Shown: positions 28,365 through 38,001, counted from the first letter of the stretch. The stretch: 64,000 nt of DNA from Atopobium sp. (GCA_015258765.1 JABZHQ010000001.1:26820-90819); one strand, 5' to 3'. Made by a program: numbers and translations. Notes: generated from the letters alone by a model not told the origin.

Positions 28365-30743
28365 GTGACTGTGGCAGATAACAAGCTGAGTGTAAGGCGT
28401 GTTGAGGGAGTTGTCGACGGAACCGTTGCCGCAACTCTGTCTCAGTTGCTGCGCCTGACCAGCGATGCAGTCATTGTTTTTAATATGGAGGGCATGGTTC
28501 TTCTCGCCAATGAGGAGGCCGAAAGCCTATTTGCTAAGGAAGACGGCACCATTGCCGGCCTGGATGTTCGCTTTTTGTTCACGCCGGCAAACCAAGAAAA
28601 CTTGCAGAAACCGTTCTTTGTAGAGTCGTTGCCGTTTGCGATTGATGGCTCCACTTCCATGGTGGCTGCTCCTGCTCATGACGGAACGTCGCAGGTTTTG
28701 AGTGTGCGTGCAGATTATGTGGGTGCGCCTACACAAGCTATTGTTTTGACTGCCTCTAAGCTTCGTGACATGGCTAGCCCTATGCACGATGATGAACGAA
28801 TGGTGTTGGACCTTCGCCGAGCCAATAAGAGGCTCTCAGGAGCGCTTCAGATTGTTTTGGACACGCTTGACTCGGAAGATATGGGTCAGCTTATCGAGCG
28901 CGTGTTAGAAGAGCTCTCAGAGACTGTCGAGGCTGATGGTGCGCTTATCTATCTTGCTGAGCAAGACGGGTACCACCTTCATGGTGCAACGGAGTCTTTG
29001 AGAAGTGCGTCATTGGATAGAATTCCTCGCTACTTTGCATTTAACAGCTCTCTGGAGCGTTTGACGTTTTATTCCGAGCACGCACTTCGCTTGCATACCA
29101 TGCCTTTGAACTCTAGCGCGCTCAAGCAGGGAAGAGTTAAAAAGCGCAACCTTGTTAACGAAGAAACTCGTGAGGTCATAACTGTTGACTCAAGTCATTT
29201 ACCTCCGTTTACCAGCTTTCTTGTGGTTCCAGTGTGGTTTGGTGGCCACATTGTTGCTCTGATTGAGGTGGGCTGGGAGCGTAAGCGCGCGCTTTTGGTT
29301 GAAGACGCAAGACTTCTGGACTCCATTGCAAATTACCTCTCGGTGCAGCTTGTAGGCGCGTTGTCGGCCATGAGAACGCAGCGTAGAGACACGCTTCGCG
29401 AGGCATTAGCTCGCGTGCGTCAGGGGTTGCTTCATAGCGCTGCAGAGGGCGAGAAGATCTCTGGCGAACGTTTGCAGCAGGTAATGAGGTCGGTGGGCAC
29501 CGATCTTTATGCACAGGTTTTCTCGGTAGATTGCTGTGAGGTAACGGGTAACGTTACGCTCCAAGCGCTTGGCACTGAGCAAGCTGCGGCGGCGGTTGAC
29601 GGCGCGCAGGGCGCAGCGGAGGCAGGCGGCGTGCAAGCTGCAGCTGGGGTCGGCGGCGCACAAGCTGCGGCGGAGGTTGACGGCGCGCAGGATGGCGGCA
29701 ACCAGATTGCGCTTCCATCGACGGTTGAGGGACTCAAGACAGGAGAGGGCGAGGCGTCAGTTAAAGAGGTTGCGCTTGAATCTGAACTGAGTCGCGCGCT
29801 TGCTGCACAGGGTCTGCCTTGTAAGGGAGCTGTGCTTTTCTTGGGCAAGTTTGCTGGCGAGCAGCATACCTGGCTTTTCTTGCGAGAAGAAAACGCTGAG
29901 CCCTTAAGCGACATTGAGCTTGATTTCTTGGACCGCGTGATGCTTCTGGTTCACTCGTTGGCCGTTGGTGCCGAAGAGAGCCAGCAAAATAAGCATATCT
30001 CCCAGGCGTTGCAGTCGGGTATGAAGAATGACCTCCAGCAAGTTGAAGGAATCTCTGCCGAAGGTATCTATTCATCTGCAACCGCCGACGCGTTTGTTGG
30101 TGGCGATTTCTATAGCATGATTAAGCTGCCAGGCCGTCGCGCGTGCATCATTATGGGTGACGTTTCTGGCAAGGGTATTGAGGCGGCATCTATCTCGTCC
30201 GCAGTTAAAACGGCACTTTCTGCCTATGCGTGGGAGGGAAGAACTCCTGCTCGTATGGTGGCAACGCTGAACGAATTCTTGCTGGGCTTCTCAAGGGTTG
30301 AGACGTTTGCAACGCTCTTTGTTGGTATTGTTGACCTTACAACTTCATCGCTGACCTACTGCTCCGCTGGTCATCCACCTGCGATTTTGGTGTCTGCTCA
30401 ATCGGGCGACGCTGAGCTTTTGGACGTACAGTCGGGCGTTGTGGGCGCGTTTCACGACATGGAGTACAAAAACGGTACGATTCGCTTACATGAGGGCGAT
30501 ATCCTGCTGCTTTACACCGATGGAACCACAGAGGCTCGCAGTCCCGAAGGCGCGTTCTTTGGCGAGACCGGCCTGCGAGACATGATTATGAACGAGGTTC
30601 CTCGTGGCTTTGACGGCCTGCTCAATAGGTTCTTGAGCACGCTTGACCGCTATACTGGCCGAAGGCTTGACGACGACGTTGCCATGGTGGCCCTGCGCTT
30701 CGATGAGCTTGGCAGCGCCGACTCTGGCGAGAAGAACAACTAG
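28365..30743 (+). CDS. PAS-GAF-GAF sensor fused to PP2C-type (SpoIIE/RsbU-like) serine phosphatase
   Basis: 792 aa; N-terminal PAS-like segment, two GAF-like segments, Ala/Gly-rich repeat linker, C-terminal PP2C motifs 'FVGGDFYSMIKL', 'IMGDVSGKGIEAA', 'LLLYTDGTTEA'; GTG start (28365 or 28371) after AAGGAG. Confidence 0.8.
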   Translation: MTVADNKLSVRRVEGVVDGTVAATLSQLLRLTSDAVIVFNMEGMVLLANEEAESLFAKEDGTIAGLDVRFLFTPANQENLQKPFFVESLPFAIDGSTSMVAAPAHDGTSQVLSVRADYVGAPTQAIVLTASKLRDMASPMHDDERMVLDLRRANKRLSGALQIVLDTLDSEDMGQLIERVLEELSETVEADGALIYLAEQDGYHLHGATESLRSASLDRIPRYFAFNSSLERLTFYSEHALRLHTMPLNSSALKQGRVKKRNLVNEETREVITVDSSHLPPFTSFLVVPVWFGGHIVALIEVGWERKRALLVEDARLLDSIANYLSVQLVGALSAMRTQRRDTLREALARVRQGLLHSAAEGEKISGERLQQVMRSVGTDLYAQVFSVDCCEVTGNVTLQALGTEQAAAAVDGAQGAAEAGGVQAAAGVGGAQAAAEVDGAQDGGNQIALPSTVEGLKTGEGEASVKEVALESELSRALAAQGLPCKGAVLFLGKFAGEQHTWLFLREENAEPLSDIELDFLDRVMLLVHSLAVGAEESQQNKHISQALQSGMKNDLQQVEGISAEGIYSSATADAFVGGDFYSMIKLPGRRACIIMGDVSGKGIEAASISSAVKTALSAYAWEGRTPARMVATLNEFLLGFSRVETFATLFVGIVDLTTSSLTYCSAGHPPAILVSAQSGDAELLDVQSGVVGAFHDMEYKNGTIRLHEGDILLLYTDGTTEARSPEGAFFGETGLRDMIMNEVPRGFDGLLNRFLSTLDRYTGRRLDDDVAMVALRFDELGSADSGEKNN

Positions 30744-30800
30744 ACGATTTCTCGCCAAGGAGACGATTTTCTCGTCAAAAAATGCAGATATCTGAAATTC

Positions 30801-31559
30801 TTGTTGCTGCGCGGGAACAAGAAACGTATGTATACGCAGCCAAACATAGCAGTTGTTTCAGTCAATACTGACCTTGACGTGAGGGGAGTCCCGCGCGTGA
30901 AGGCTCAGATTGAGCAGCTCATTGATAGCGGCTGTAGAAGAATTGTGCTGAATATGTCGGAGGTTTCGTACATCGATTCATGCGGCATGGGCTTTATTGT
31001 GTGCGCTGTTCGACGTATGAAGACGCTTGGTGGCCTTATGAGCTTGACCAACGTGCAACCAACGGCGTTTAAGGCCTTGGTGCGCATGGGTCTTATCGAC
31101 TTCATGCCAATAAGTACCTGCGCTGCAAAGTCGCGCGTGACTCCGCTTGCGCCGGGCACGCATCCATCGTTCCAGACAACGTTTAGAGTTGATCCCAATA
31201 AAATGTGCGACGCTCGCTCAAGGGCTATCGCGCTGCTGAAGACGCTGCCGTTTACCTCGGATCAAAAGTTTGACATTGAACTTGCAGTTGGCGAAGCTAT
31301 TGGCAACGCCGTTGATCACGCGTGCGAGAAGGGCGTTCTGACCACGGTTTCCGCGTATCCAGATAGGGTGGTCATTGACGTCTCGGATTGCGGCAGCGGC
31401 TTTAGCATTTCCGATGAGGAGGAACCTCCCGAGACTGGCCAGTTTGCCGAGCGTGGTCGCGGCGTCAAGTTGATGCGCCTGCTTATGGATGCCGTGTCTA
31501 TCCAGGAGAAACCTTCCGGCAACGGCACCGTCGTCCGCCTGGTCAAGATGATGCGCTAG
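30801..31559 (+). CDS. Fusion protein: anti-sigma-factor antagonist (STAS) domain + RsbW/SpoIIAB-like HATPase_c kinase domain
   Basis: 252 aa; STAS motif 'MSEVSYIDSCGMGFIV'; C-terminal 'ELAVGEAIGNAVDHA' (N-box) and 'DCGSGF', 'RGRGVKLM' (G-boxes) of GHKL kinases. Confidence 0.75.
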   Translation: MLLRGNKKRMYTQPNIAVVSVNTDLDVRGVPRVKAQIEQLIDSGCRRIVLNMSEVSYIDSCGMGFIVCAVRRMKTLGGLMSLTNVQPTAFKALVRMGLIDFMPISTCAAKSRVTPLAPGTHPSFQTTFRVDPNKMCDARSRAIALLKTLPFTSDQKFDIELAVGEAIGNAVDHACEKGVLTTVSAYPDRVVIDVSDCGSGFSISDEEEPPETGQFAERGRGVKLMRLLMDAVSIQEKPSGNGTVVRLVKMMR

Positions 31560-31689
31560 GGCGTGCGAGCGCGGGCGGGTCGCAAGGCGATTTCAACCCG
31601 GTATCTACTTCGTGTGGATACCGGGTTTCTTGTGCGGAAATGCTGGGAGTGGACGGGTTTCTCGCCAGGCGGGTGGCGCGAGCTGGGCG

Positions 31690-31970
31690 TACGCTTGAGC
31701 GCGCCTGATTTTTTCGTCAAGTCTGAACGATTTGCCTGAAAAGCACACCTAGTCTGAGCTATTTGCCGGTTTTTCTCGCCAAGTCTGAGTAAATTTACTC
31801 AGACATGGTGAGGTTTTCAGGCTCGCAAAATTTGGAGACAGCACCCTAGTTAGAACGTGCCTGATTTCTGCAAAGAATCTGTAACTTCTGCCTAAATAAG
31901 TAAAAGAATCGGTGGATTTGCCTGATTTTGTAAAAGAATCGGTGTCACAAATACAGATTCTTTGCACTTT
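31690..31970. repeat. Repeat-dense noncoding region (multiple short direct repeats and a 20-bp perfect palindrome)
   Basis: AGTCTGA(A/G)C(G/T)ATTTGCC x2, GTAAAAGAATCGGTG x2, TGCAAAGAATCTG/CAGATTCTTTGCA inverted pair, palindrome TCTGAGTAAATTTACTCAGA, GGTTT(T)TCTCGCCA copies. Confidence 0.6.
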
Positions 31971-32011
31971 TCAGGCGCGTCTGACTAAAACCCAAGCAAG
32001 CACGGTTATGC

Positions 32012-32045
32012 GCGACAAAAAGAAACCCCAGCCGAAGCTGGGGTT
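32012..32045 (-). terminator. Terminator of minus-strand tRNA-Gly/tRNA-Cys transcript
   Basis: AACCCCAGC-TTCG-GCTGGGGTT hairpin followed (minus strand) by TCTTTTTGTC. Confidence 0.65.
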
Positions 32046-32056
32046 GTCAATTCACT

Positions 32057-32130
32057 GGAGGCGAGACCCGGATTCGAACCGGGGATAAAGGCTTTGCAGG
32101 CCTCTGCCTTACCACTTGGCCATCTCGCCA
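32057..32130 (-). tRNA. tRNA-Cys (anticodon GCA)
   Basis: reverse complement reads GGCGAGATGGCCAAGTGGTAAGGCAGAGGCCTGCAAAGCCTTTATCCCCGGTTCGAATCCGGGTCTCGCCTCCA; anticodon loop CTGCAAA. Confidence 0.85.
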
Positions 32131-32167
32131 TATGAAAAAGGCCGAAACGAATCCGGCCGAAAAATCA

Positions 32168-32243
32168 TGGAGCGGGCTACGGGGTTCGAACCCGCGACCT
32201 CAACCTTGGCAAGGTTGCGCGCTACCAACTGCGCTAAGCCCGC
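32168..32243 (-). tRNA. tRNA-Gly (anticodon GCC)
   Basis: reverse complement reads GCGGGCTTAGCGCAGTTGGTAGCGCGCAACCTTGCCAAGGTTGAGGTCGCGGGTTCGAACCCCGTAGCCCGCTCCA; anticodon loop TTGCCAA. Confidence 0.85.
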
Positions 32244-32444
32244 GAACGCGAGGAATAATATACGCAAGTTCACGGCTGAGTGCAAGTGTAAATTTCAAAA
32301 TCGTCAAACTTTTTTAGAAAAGTCACGAATCCTCATGCGCTCAAGAGGTGGATTTTTCTTGCAAATCTTACAAATAAGAGCAGGTAGATTGCCAAGTGTG
32401 ACCGCTTGCCGTATCATAGAACAAGAACTTTTGAATGAGGTTGT

Positions 32445-33347
32445 ATGTTCTTTATTGTCGCGTCGCTCATAGCTCTTTTGACGCTTGCGTATCTTGTCGC
32501 AAGCGGTTTTGTTCGCGTGGTGCGCTATTTTTGGGGCTGGCTTTCGTCTGGCGAGAAGATCGATGGGCTCGCAGGTGACGCTCCTAGCGCTGCATCGGAC
32601 GCACCTGACGGCGCTACCGGTGCCGCATCAGCCGCACCGTTCTCCAAGCCAAAACCAACGCAAGCCGAGCTTTCGGCGTACTTGGACAAGATGCATCTTG
32701 GCTGGTACCAGGTGGTTATTCTCTTCATTGTGGGTTGCATGGCTGGCCTTCTTATCGAAGAGATCTGGATGCTCATTACCGCCGGCCTGACCGAGAGCAG
32801 GGTGGGACTTATTTGGGGACCGTTCTCTCCACTTTATGGAACCGGCGCGGTGTTTCTGACGGTAATTTGCTACCAGCTGCACAAGCATCACGCCAATAAC
32901 CTGGTCATTTTCTTGGTTTCAGTTGTTGTTGGCGGCACGCTTGAGCAGCTTACCGGCTGGGGAATGCAAGAGATTTTCCACTCGGAGTCATGGACGTATG
33001 CCCATCTTCCAGACGCAATCACACAGTGGGTGGCCTGGCGATTCTTAGGCTTTTGGGGCATTTTGGGCCTCATTTGGTGTCGTGTCATCATGCCTCGCGC
33101 GCTCTACAAGATTGGCGAGCCAACATCAAAAAGGCAAGCAATTTTTGTTACCCTGCTTACGGTGTATCTTGTTGCCGACATCACTATGACGGTGGCGTGT
33201 TTGGCGAGAAAAGCTCAGCGAGACGCTGGTATTCCTCCGACAAACGCGTTTGAGATGTGGGTAGATAATCACTACGATGACAGCTTTGTATCTGCTCGAT
33301 TCCAGAACATGACGTTTACGTCGCCAGATTCGCCTGACAAGTCATAG
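32445..33347 (+). CDS. Hypothetical polytopic membrane protein
   Basis: 300 aa, ~6 predicted TM helices, Ala/Ser-rich N-proximal linker; no recognisable catalytic motif. Confidence 0.6.
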   Translation: MFFIVASLIALLTLAYLVASGFVRVVRYFWGWLSSGEKIDGLAGDAPSAASDAPDGATGAASAAPFSKPKPTQAELSAYLDKMHLGWYQVVILFIVGCMAGLLIEEIWMLITAGLTESRVGLIWGPFSPLYGTGAVFLTVICYQLHKHHANNLVIFLVSVVVGGTLEQLTGWGMQEIFHSESWTYAHLPDAITQWVAWRFLGFWGILGLIWCRVIMPRALYKIGEPTSKRQAIFVTLLTVYLVADITMTVACLARKAQRDAGIPPTNAFEMWVDNHYDDSFVSARFQNMTFTSPDSPDKS

Positions 33348-33459
33348 CCGTCGTGCACCGACCGCTGGCCTACCTGACAGCAAGTCGCCGATCGCCGCAA
33401 GACCGCCGGCCCGACAGCAAGACCGCCCGCAAGACCGCGAGAAACCCAAAGGATTTGTA

Positions 33460-34665
33460 ATGCACATGCCTTCTGCAAAACCAGAACATCCAACAGGCAA
33501 CGTGTACCTGGACTTCGCCGCAGCGACACCTATGGATCCACGTGTAGTTGATGCAATGATTCCGTACTTCACCGAGAAGTTCTATAACCCATCGGCACCA
33601 TATGCGCTGTCTCGCCAGGTTCGTGACGAGGTGGAACGTGCACGTGCTGTCTTGGCACACGCTATCGGCGCTCGTCCAGGAAACGTGGTGCTCACGGCAG
33701 GTGCTACAGAGGCAAACAACTTGGCGTTTGCTACGGTCTCGGAAGACGCGCACGTTATCGTTGACGCCATTGAACATGAGAGCGTTCTAGCGTGCGCAGG
33801 GATTTTCTCGCACAAGACACTTCGCGTAGAAGCAGACGGTCGCGTGGATCCAGAGCGGGTTGCAAAAGCGCTCAAACCAGAGACCGAGCTGGTTTCCATT
33901 GAACTTGCAAACGGCGAGATTGGCACCATCCAGCCTATCCGCGAGATTTCGCAGGTGCTTGCCAAGGAGCGCTCACGCAGACTTGCGGCAGGGGAGTCTC
34001 GTCCGCTGCACTTGCACGTAGACGCTTCTCAGGCAGCAGCATACTTGAGCGTAAACGTGTCGTCTCTGGGCGTAGACATGCTGACGCTTTCTGCGGCAAA
34101 GCTTTCTGGCCCCAAGCAGGTAGGTCTTCTGTGGGCTTCTGACGATGTGCGCTTAAAGCCGTTGGTACTCGGCGGCGGGCAAGAGGGCGGCGTTCGTTCA
34201 GGTACAGAGAACGTCGCGGGCGTCATTGGCTTTGCGTGTGCTTTAGCGCTTGCTGATGAGACTCGCACTGACGAGGCAAAACGGGTTTCTCGCCTTAGAG
34301 ATCAGTTACAAGAGCTGCTTTGCACAGAGTTTCCGCAGATGATTGTCTCGGGGCCAAAGAACGCCAAGCTAAGGCTTCCCAATTTGCTGCATGTTTCTTT
34401 CCCAGGACTTGAGGCTCGTCGTCTGGTCATTCTGCTGGAGCGCCTGGGCGTGTCAGTGGGAACAGGCTCTGCGTGCGCCGCATCAAAAATGCAAATATCT
34501 CACGTGCTCGAGGCAATTGGAGCACCGCGAGAAGTAGCTGCGGGAAGCCTCAGGTTGACGCTTGGAAGAACTACCACAGAAGACGACATCTTGTACGCAG
34601 CTTGGGCAATCGCTGAGGCTGTTAAGCAGGAGTCCGCTCGTGTAGGAGTGACATGGGAGAATTAG
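33460..34665 (+). CDS. Cysteine desulfurase (class V aminotransferase, IscS/NifS-like)
   Basis: 401 aa; PLP-fold motifs, 'LSAAKLSGPKQVG' (PLP Lys region), 'GTGSACAA' active-site Cys loop. Confidence 0.85.
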   Translation: MHMPSAKPEHPTGNVYLDFAAATPMDPRVVDAMIPYFTEKFYNPSAPYALSRQVRDEVERARAVLAHAIGARPGNVVLTAGATEANNLAFATVSEDAHVIVDAIEHESVLACAGIFSHKTLRVEADGRVDPERVAKALKPETELVSIELANGEIGTIQPIREISQVLAKERSRRLAAGESRPLHLHVDASQAAAYLSVNVSSLGVDMLTLSAAKLSGPKQVGLLWASDDVRLKPLVLGGGQEGGVRSGTENVAGVIGFACALALADETRTDEAKRVSRLRDQLQELLCTEFPQMIVSGPKNAKLRLPNLLHVSFPGLEARRLVILLERLGVSVGTGSACAASKMQISHVLEAIGAPREVAAGSLRLTLGRTTTEDDILYAAWAIAEAVKQESARVGVTWEN

Positions 34666-35738
34666 TTTACCTTGGCATGAGTGGTGGCGTTGATTCAGCG
34701 CTGTCCGCGGCCTTGCTTCTTGAGGCGGGCTACAACGTCAAGGCTATCTATATGCGTAACTGGTCAAAGGACCTGCCAGGCTTTAAGTGTCCCTGGGCAG
34801 ATGACTTGGCTGATGCTGAGCGCGTCTGCGTAACGCTGGGCATTGATTTGGACGTGTGGGACTGTGAGGCCGAGTATAAAGCTACCGTTGTGGATTACCT
34901 GCTTGATGCCTATGAGCACGGCCGTACGCCTAATCCAGACGTTATGTGCAACCAGACGGTCAAGTTTGGCACCTTTGCAGAACGTGCTTTTGCAGAGGGT
35001 GCCGATTTTGTTGCAACAGGTCACTATGCACAGAACGTTCCGGGCACCAAAAAACTTTTGCGTGCCGCAGATGCTCACAAGGATCAGACGTATTTCCTAT
35101 GGCGTGTACCAGGTCATTTGTTTGAACGCACGCTTTTTCCTATTGGACACATTGCCACCAAGGCAGAGGTTAGGGCTCTGTGTGCAGAGCGAGGTCTGGG
35201 CATAGAAACTAAGCCAGACTCCGACGGCATTTGCTTCATTGGCCCCGTTGGCTTGCGCACATTTTTGCTAGATACCTTCCAGAAAAAGCAGGGCGACGTC
35301 ATTGAGTGGGAAACAGGCAAGGTCCTTGGTACCCATGACGGAGCATTCCTCTTTACCGTTGGCCAAAGAAAAGGCCTGAACATCGGTGGAGGTCCTGCTC
35401 GCTATGTAGTAGCAACCGACACGCTTAAGAATGTGGTCTACGTTACCTCTGACCTTAACTGCTCTGCGTTGTGGACTCGTCGTATGGAGCTCTCGGACAT
35501 GCACTGGATTTCTGGAGAACCTGCAGCTAACGGTAGGTATGTGGTCAGAACTCGTCACACAGGCGCACTGGTTCCCGTAACGTTTACGCTCACAGATAAT
35601 CAATGTGGATTTATTGAATTTGATCAGCCGGTAAAAACTGTTGCAGCAGGTCAATCAGCGGTTTTGTACGATGGCCAGGAAGTTTGTGGCGGTGGCATTA
35701 TTGAGGCCGACAAGGGTATACTTGAGCGGTTCATGTAA
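34653..35738 (+). CDS. mnmA: tRNA-specific 2-thiouridylase MnmA
   Basis: 361 aa; PP-loop 'LGMSGGVDSALSAALL'; 'TGHYAQ' and catalytic Cys 'DSDGICFIG' motifs; overlaps upstream cysteine desulfurase stop. Confidence 0.88.
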   Translation: MGELVYLGMSGGVDSALSAALLLEAGYNVKAIYMRNWSKDLPGFKCPWADDLADAERVCVTLGIDLDVWDCEAEYKATVVDYLLDAYEHGRTPNPDVMCNQTVKFGTFAERAFAEGADFVATGHYAQNVPGTKKLLRAADAHKDQTYFLWRVPGHLFERTLFPIGHIATKAEVRALCAERGLGIETKPDSDGICFIGPVGLRTFLLDTFQKKQGDVIEWETGKVLGTHDGAFLFTVGQRKGLNIGGGPARYVVATDTLKNVVYVTSDLNCSALWTRRMELSDMHWISGEPAANGRYVVRTRHTGALVPVTFTLTDNQCGFIEFDQPVKTVAAGQSAVLYDGQEVCGGGIIEADKGILERFM

Positions 35739-35845
35739 AATGAAAAGCAGGTAGGTGGCGAGAAACCCTTTGAGGTTGCATCGTTTACCTGAAAAGAGTG
35801 TTGTTTCTGTACACGTATTGTGATTCAGAGTCCAAGGAGGTGCCC

Positions 35846-37144
35846 ATGGATCGCCCAGATGGCGCGTCTGAAACCGAGCACCCCTCATCTACACCGAAGG
35901 TAACGATGAAGATTGGATCTACAACCGTTAAGGGTGTTTCAACTAAAAAGCCTAAGATTAGTGTTGCTCCAACTTCTTCATCTGAGCAGGTAGAAGAGGC
36001 AAAAGAGAGCTTTGGTCAAGTTAGAAAGAGCATTCTCTTCCTCTTTGCGGTTGTAATACTGTACGCACTCTATATCGTTTTCTCTGGTCAGTTTGATGAG
36101 TTTGTTGTTGCTCTAGCAGACGTAGATACAGGTTGGCTTATTGCTGGCGCTCTTTGCTACTTTGTCTACTATTTCCTGGGTATTCTCGCCTATGTAATTT
36201 CAGTCATTACAGACCCCGAGAGTCCTGTTGGTGTCCGTGACCTGATGAGCGTTGAGGCGTCGGGCATCTTCTTTATGAACCTCACGCCAAACGGTGCAGG
36301 TGCTGCTCCTGCTCAAATTTATCGCCTCACTCGTGCGGGTATTTCCGTTGGTCAGGCAGGAGCTTTACAGTTCACACGTTTTGTTATGTACGAGGCAGGC
36401 GAGGGCATCTTTGCAGCTCTGATGCTTATCTTTAGGGCCAATTATTTCTACGAGCAATTTGGCGATGTAACCGTTATTGGCGTTATTTTGTTTGGCGCAA
36501 AGATAGTGATGGTTGCAGTTATCTTGGCCATTTGCCTGCTTCCTAAAATGGTTAAGACCGTGGGCAACTGGGGCTTAAGGCTGCTTTCACGTCTTCGTAT
36601 CGTAAAGCAGTACGACCACTGGCATGGCATCATTAACACGCAGGTAGATGAGTTCTCAAACGGCTTTAAGACTGCCGCAAAGAACATCCCAGAGATGTGC
36701 GTTGTTCTGCTTGTAACACTGCTTCAGCTTGGCTGCCTCTATGCACTGCCATACTTTGTTTTGCGAGCACTTGGCCAGCCTGCAGACCTTCTGACCTGCC
36801 TTGCATCTGGATCAATGCTTGAGCTCTTGACCTCGGCCATTCCACTTCCTGGTGGTACTGGTGGTGCAGAGGGTGGCTTTGCCTTCCTGTTTGGCCATAT
36901 GTTTGGCGAGGAAATTGCCGCAGGCTTTGTGCTTTGGCGCGCTATTGAGTATCTGCTTCCAACTATGGCCGCAAGCATGCTTTTGGGCCTTAGATCTCAT
37001 GATCACGAGCCTATCTACCACAAGTGGAACCGTTTCCGTCAGCGTTTCTCGGCTTTTGTAAATGGCGAGAAAGGCGCTGTTGCTTCTACATCGTCTCGTC
37101 CAGAGACCTCTGGCATTCAAATTAAGGTTAAGCGTAAGAAGTAG
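35846..37144 (+). CDS. Flippase-like (lysylphosphatidylglycerol-synthase TM region / UPF0104 family) membrane protein
   Basis: start at ATG 35846 after AAGGAGG RBS (track ORF begins earlier at 35798); 8+ TM helices; Ser/Thr/Lys-rich N-terminus. Confidence 0.6.
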   Translation: MDRPDGASETEHPSSTPKVTMKIGSTTVKGVSTKKPKISVAPTSSSEQVEEAKESFGQVRKSILFLFAVVILYALYIVFSGQFDEFVVALADVDTGWLIAGALCYFVYYFLGILAYVISVITDPESPVGVRDLMSVEASGIFFMNLTPNGAGAAPAQIYRLTRAGISVGQAGALQFTRFVMYEAGEGIFAALMLIFRANYFYEQFGDVTVIGVILFGAKIVMVAVILAICLLPKMVKTVGNWGLRLLSRLRIVKQYDHWHGIINTQVDEFSNGFKTAAKNIPEMCVVLLVTLLQLGCLYALPYFVLRALGQPADLLTCLASGSMLELLTSAIPLPGGTGGAEGGFAFLFGHMFGEEIAAGFVLWRAIEYLLPTMAASMLLGLRSHDHEPIYHKWNRFRQRFSAFVNGEKGAVASTSSRPETSGIQIKVKRKK

Positions 37145-37241
37145 GGAAGAAGTAAGGAAGAAGAGCCAGAATGTGGCTTGATACGTATCTTTGCTCTATT
37201 GGACCGCTGCGTGTGCAGTACTTGTAAAAGAAAGCATCCTT

Positions 37242-37445
37242 ATGCGTAAACCACCAAATCCTATTTTGATTATTCTGGCACCTATTCTTATTGCCGTTGC
37301 CGTTGGTCTTGTCTATGATCTTCAGAATTTCTTACAGGACATTCCGGAAATACGTGACAATCCAATGCTCTTAGCAGGCGTAGCTGTGTTTATACCAATG
37401 CTTGTGGCTTTGGTTAAGGACACATTTGACGCGCACGGACTCTAG
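37242..37445 (+). CDS. Possible small two-TM membrane protein
   Basis: 67-84 aa ORF in AT-rich region, hydrophobic 'PILIILAPILIAVAVGLV'; weak RBS. Confidence 0.25.
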   Translation: MRKPPNPILIILAPILIAVAVGLVYDLQNFLQDIPEIRDNPMLLAGVAVFIPMLVALVKDTFDAHGL

Positions 37446-37452
37446 ATGAAGG

Positions 37453-38001
37453 CTATTTTTGTTGTGTTGGCTTTGAGAAAAAGAACAGGTATATTCCAAA
37501 TCCAAGTTTAATTGCTGCATCAATATAGGCAGTTATTGTTAGTGGGATGTCTGGAAAAATATAACCTATAGCAACATTGATGGCACAGAGTATAGCCAGA
37601 TAAATCATCGATTTTCCGTGCACAAAGTAATAGAGGAAAAAATGCAGTGCCGTGGCCATTAACGCACCCAACCAAATAAGTCTCCAGTTTTCAGTTGCAA
37701 AAAATGGTCCACCTAATAAAAACATCAAAATGAATAAGAAAATCACCGCGTATAGAGACATTTTGTTCTGGAACTTACTTGAAGGACCATCGGAAAACTT
37801 ATTGAGAACTTTCTTATTTGTATTTATGGATAAGAAGGCTGCAACATATCCAAAGCTAAATACGGACATATTGATAATCTGTTTTCCACCTATTACGGTA
37901 GCTGCAAAAATGATGAGAGCTACAACAATTAACCAGAGACCGCATGATTTCTTATAATTAAAGTGAAGCTTCTCGTCTTTGTTATATTCCAGAAAGTTCA
38001 T
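37453..38001 (-). CDS. Hypothetical polytopic membrane protein encoded in AT-rich segment
   Basis: ~182 aa, 5-6 TM helices; GAGGGAG RBS precedes ATG at 38001 ('MNFLEYNK'); track ORF extends to 38016 via alternative start. Confidence 0.55.
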   Translation of the reverse strand: MNFLEYNKDEKLHFNYKKSCGLWLIVVALIIFAATVIGGKQIINMSVFSFGYVAAFLSINTNKKVLNKFSDGPSSKFQNKMSLYAVIFLFILMFLLGGPFFATENWRLIWLGALMATALHFFLYYFVHGKSMIYLAILCAINVAIGYIFPDIPLTITAYIDAAIKLGFGIYLFFFSKPTQQK

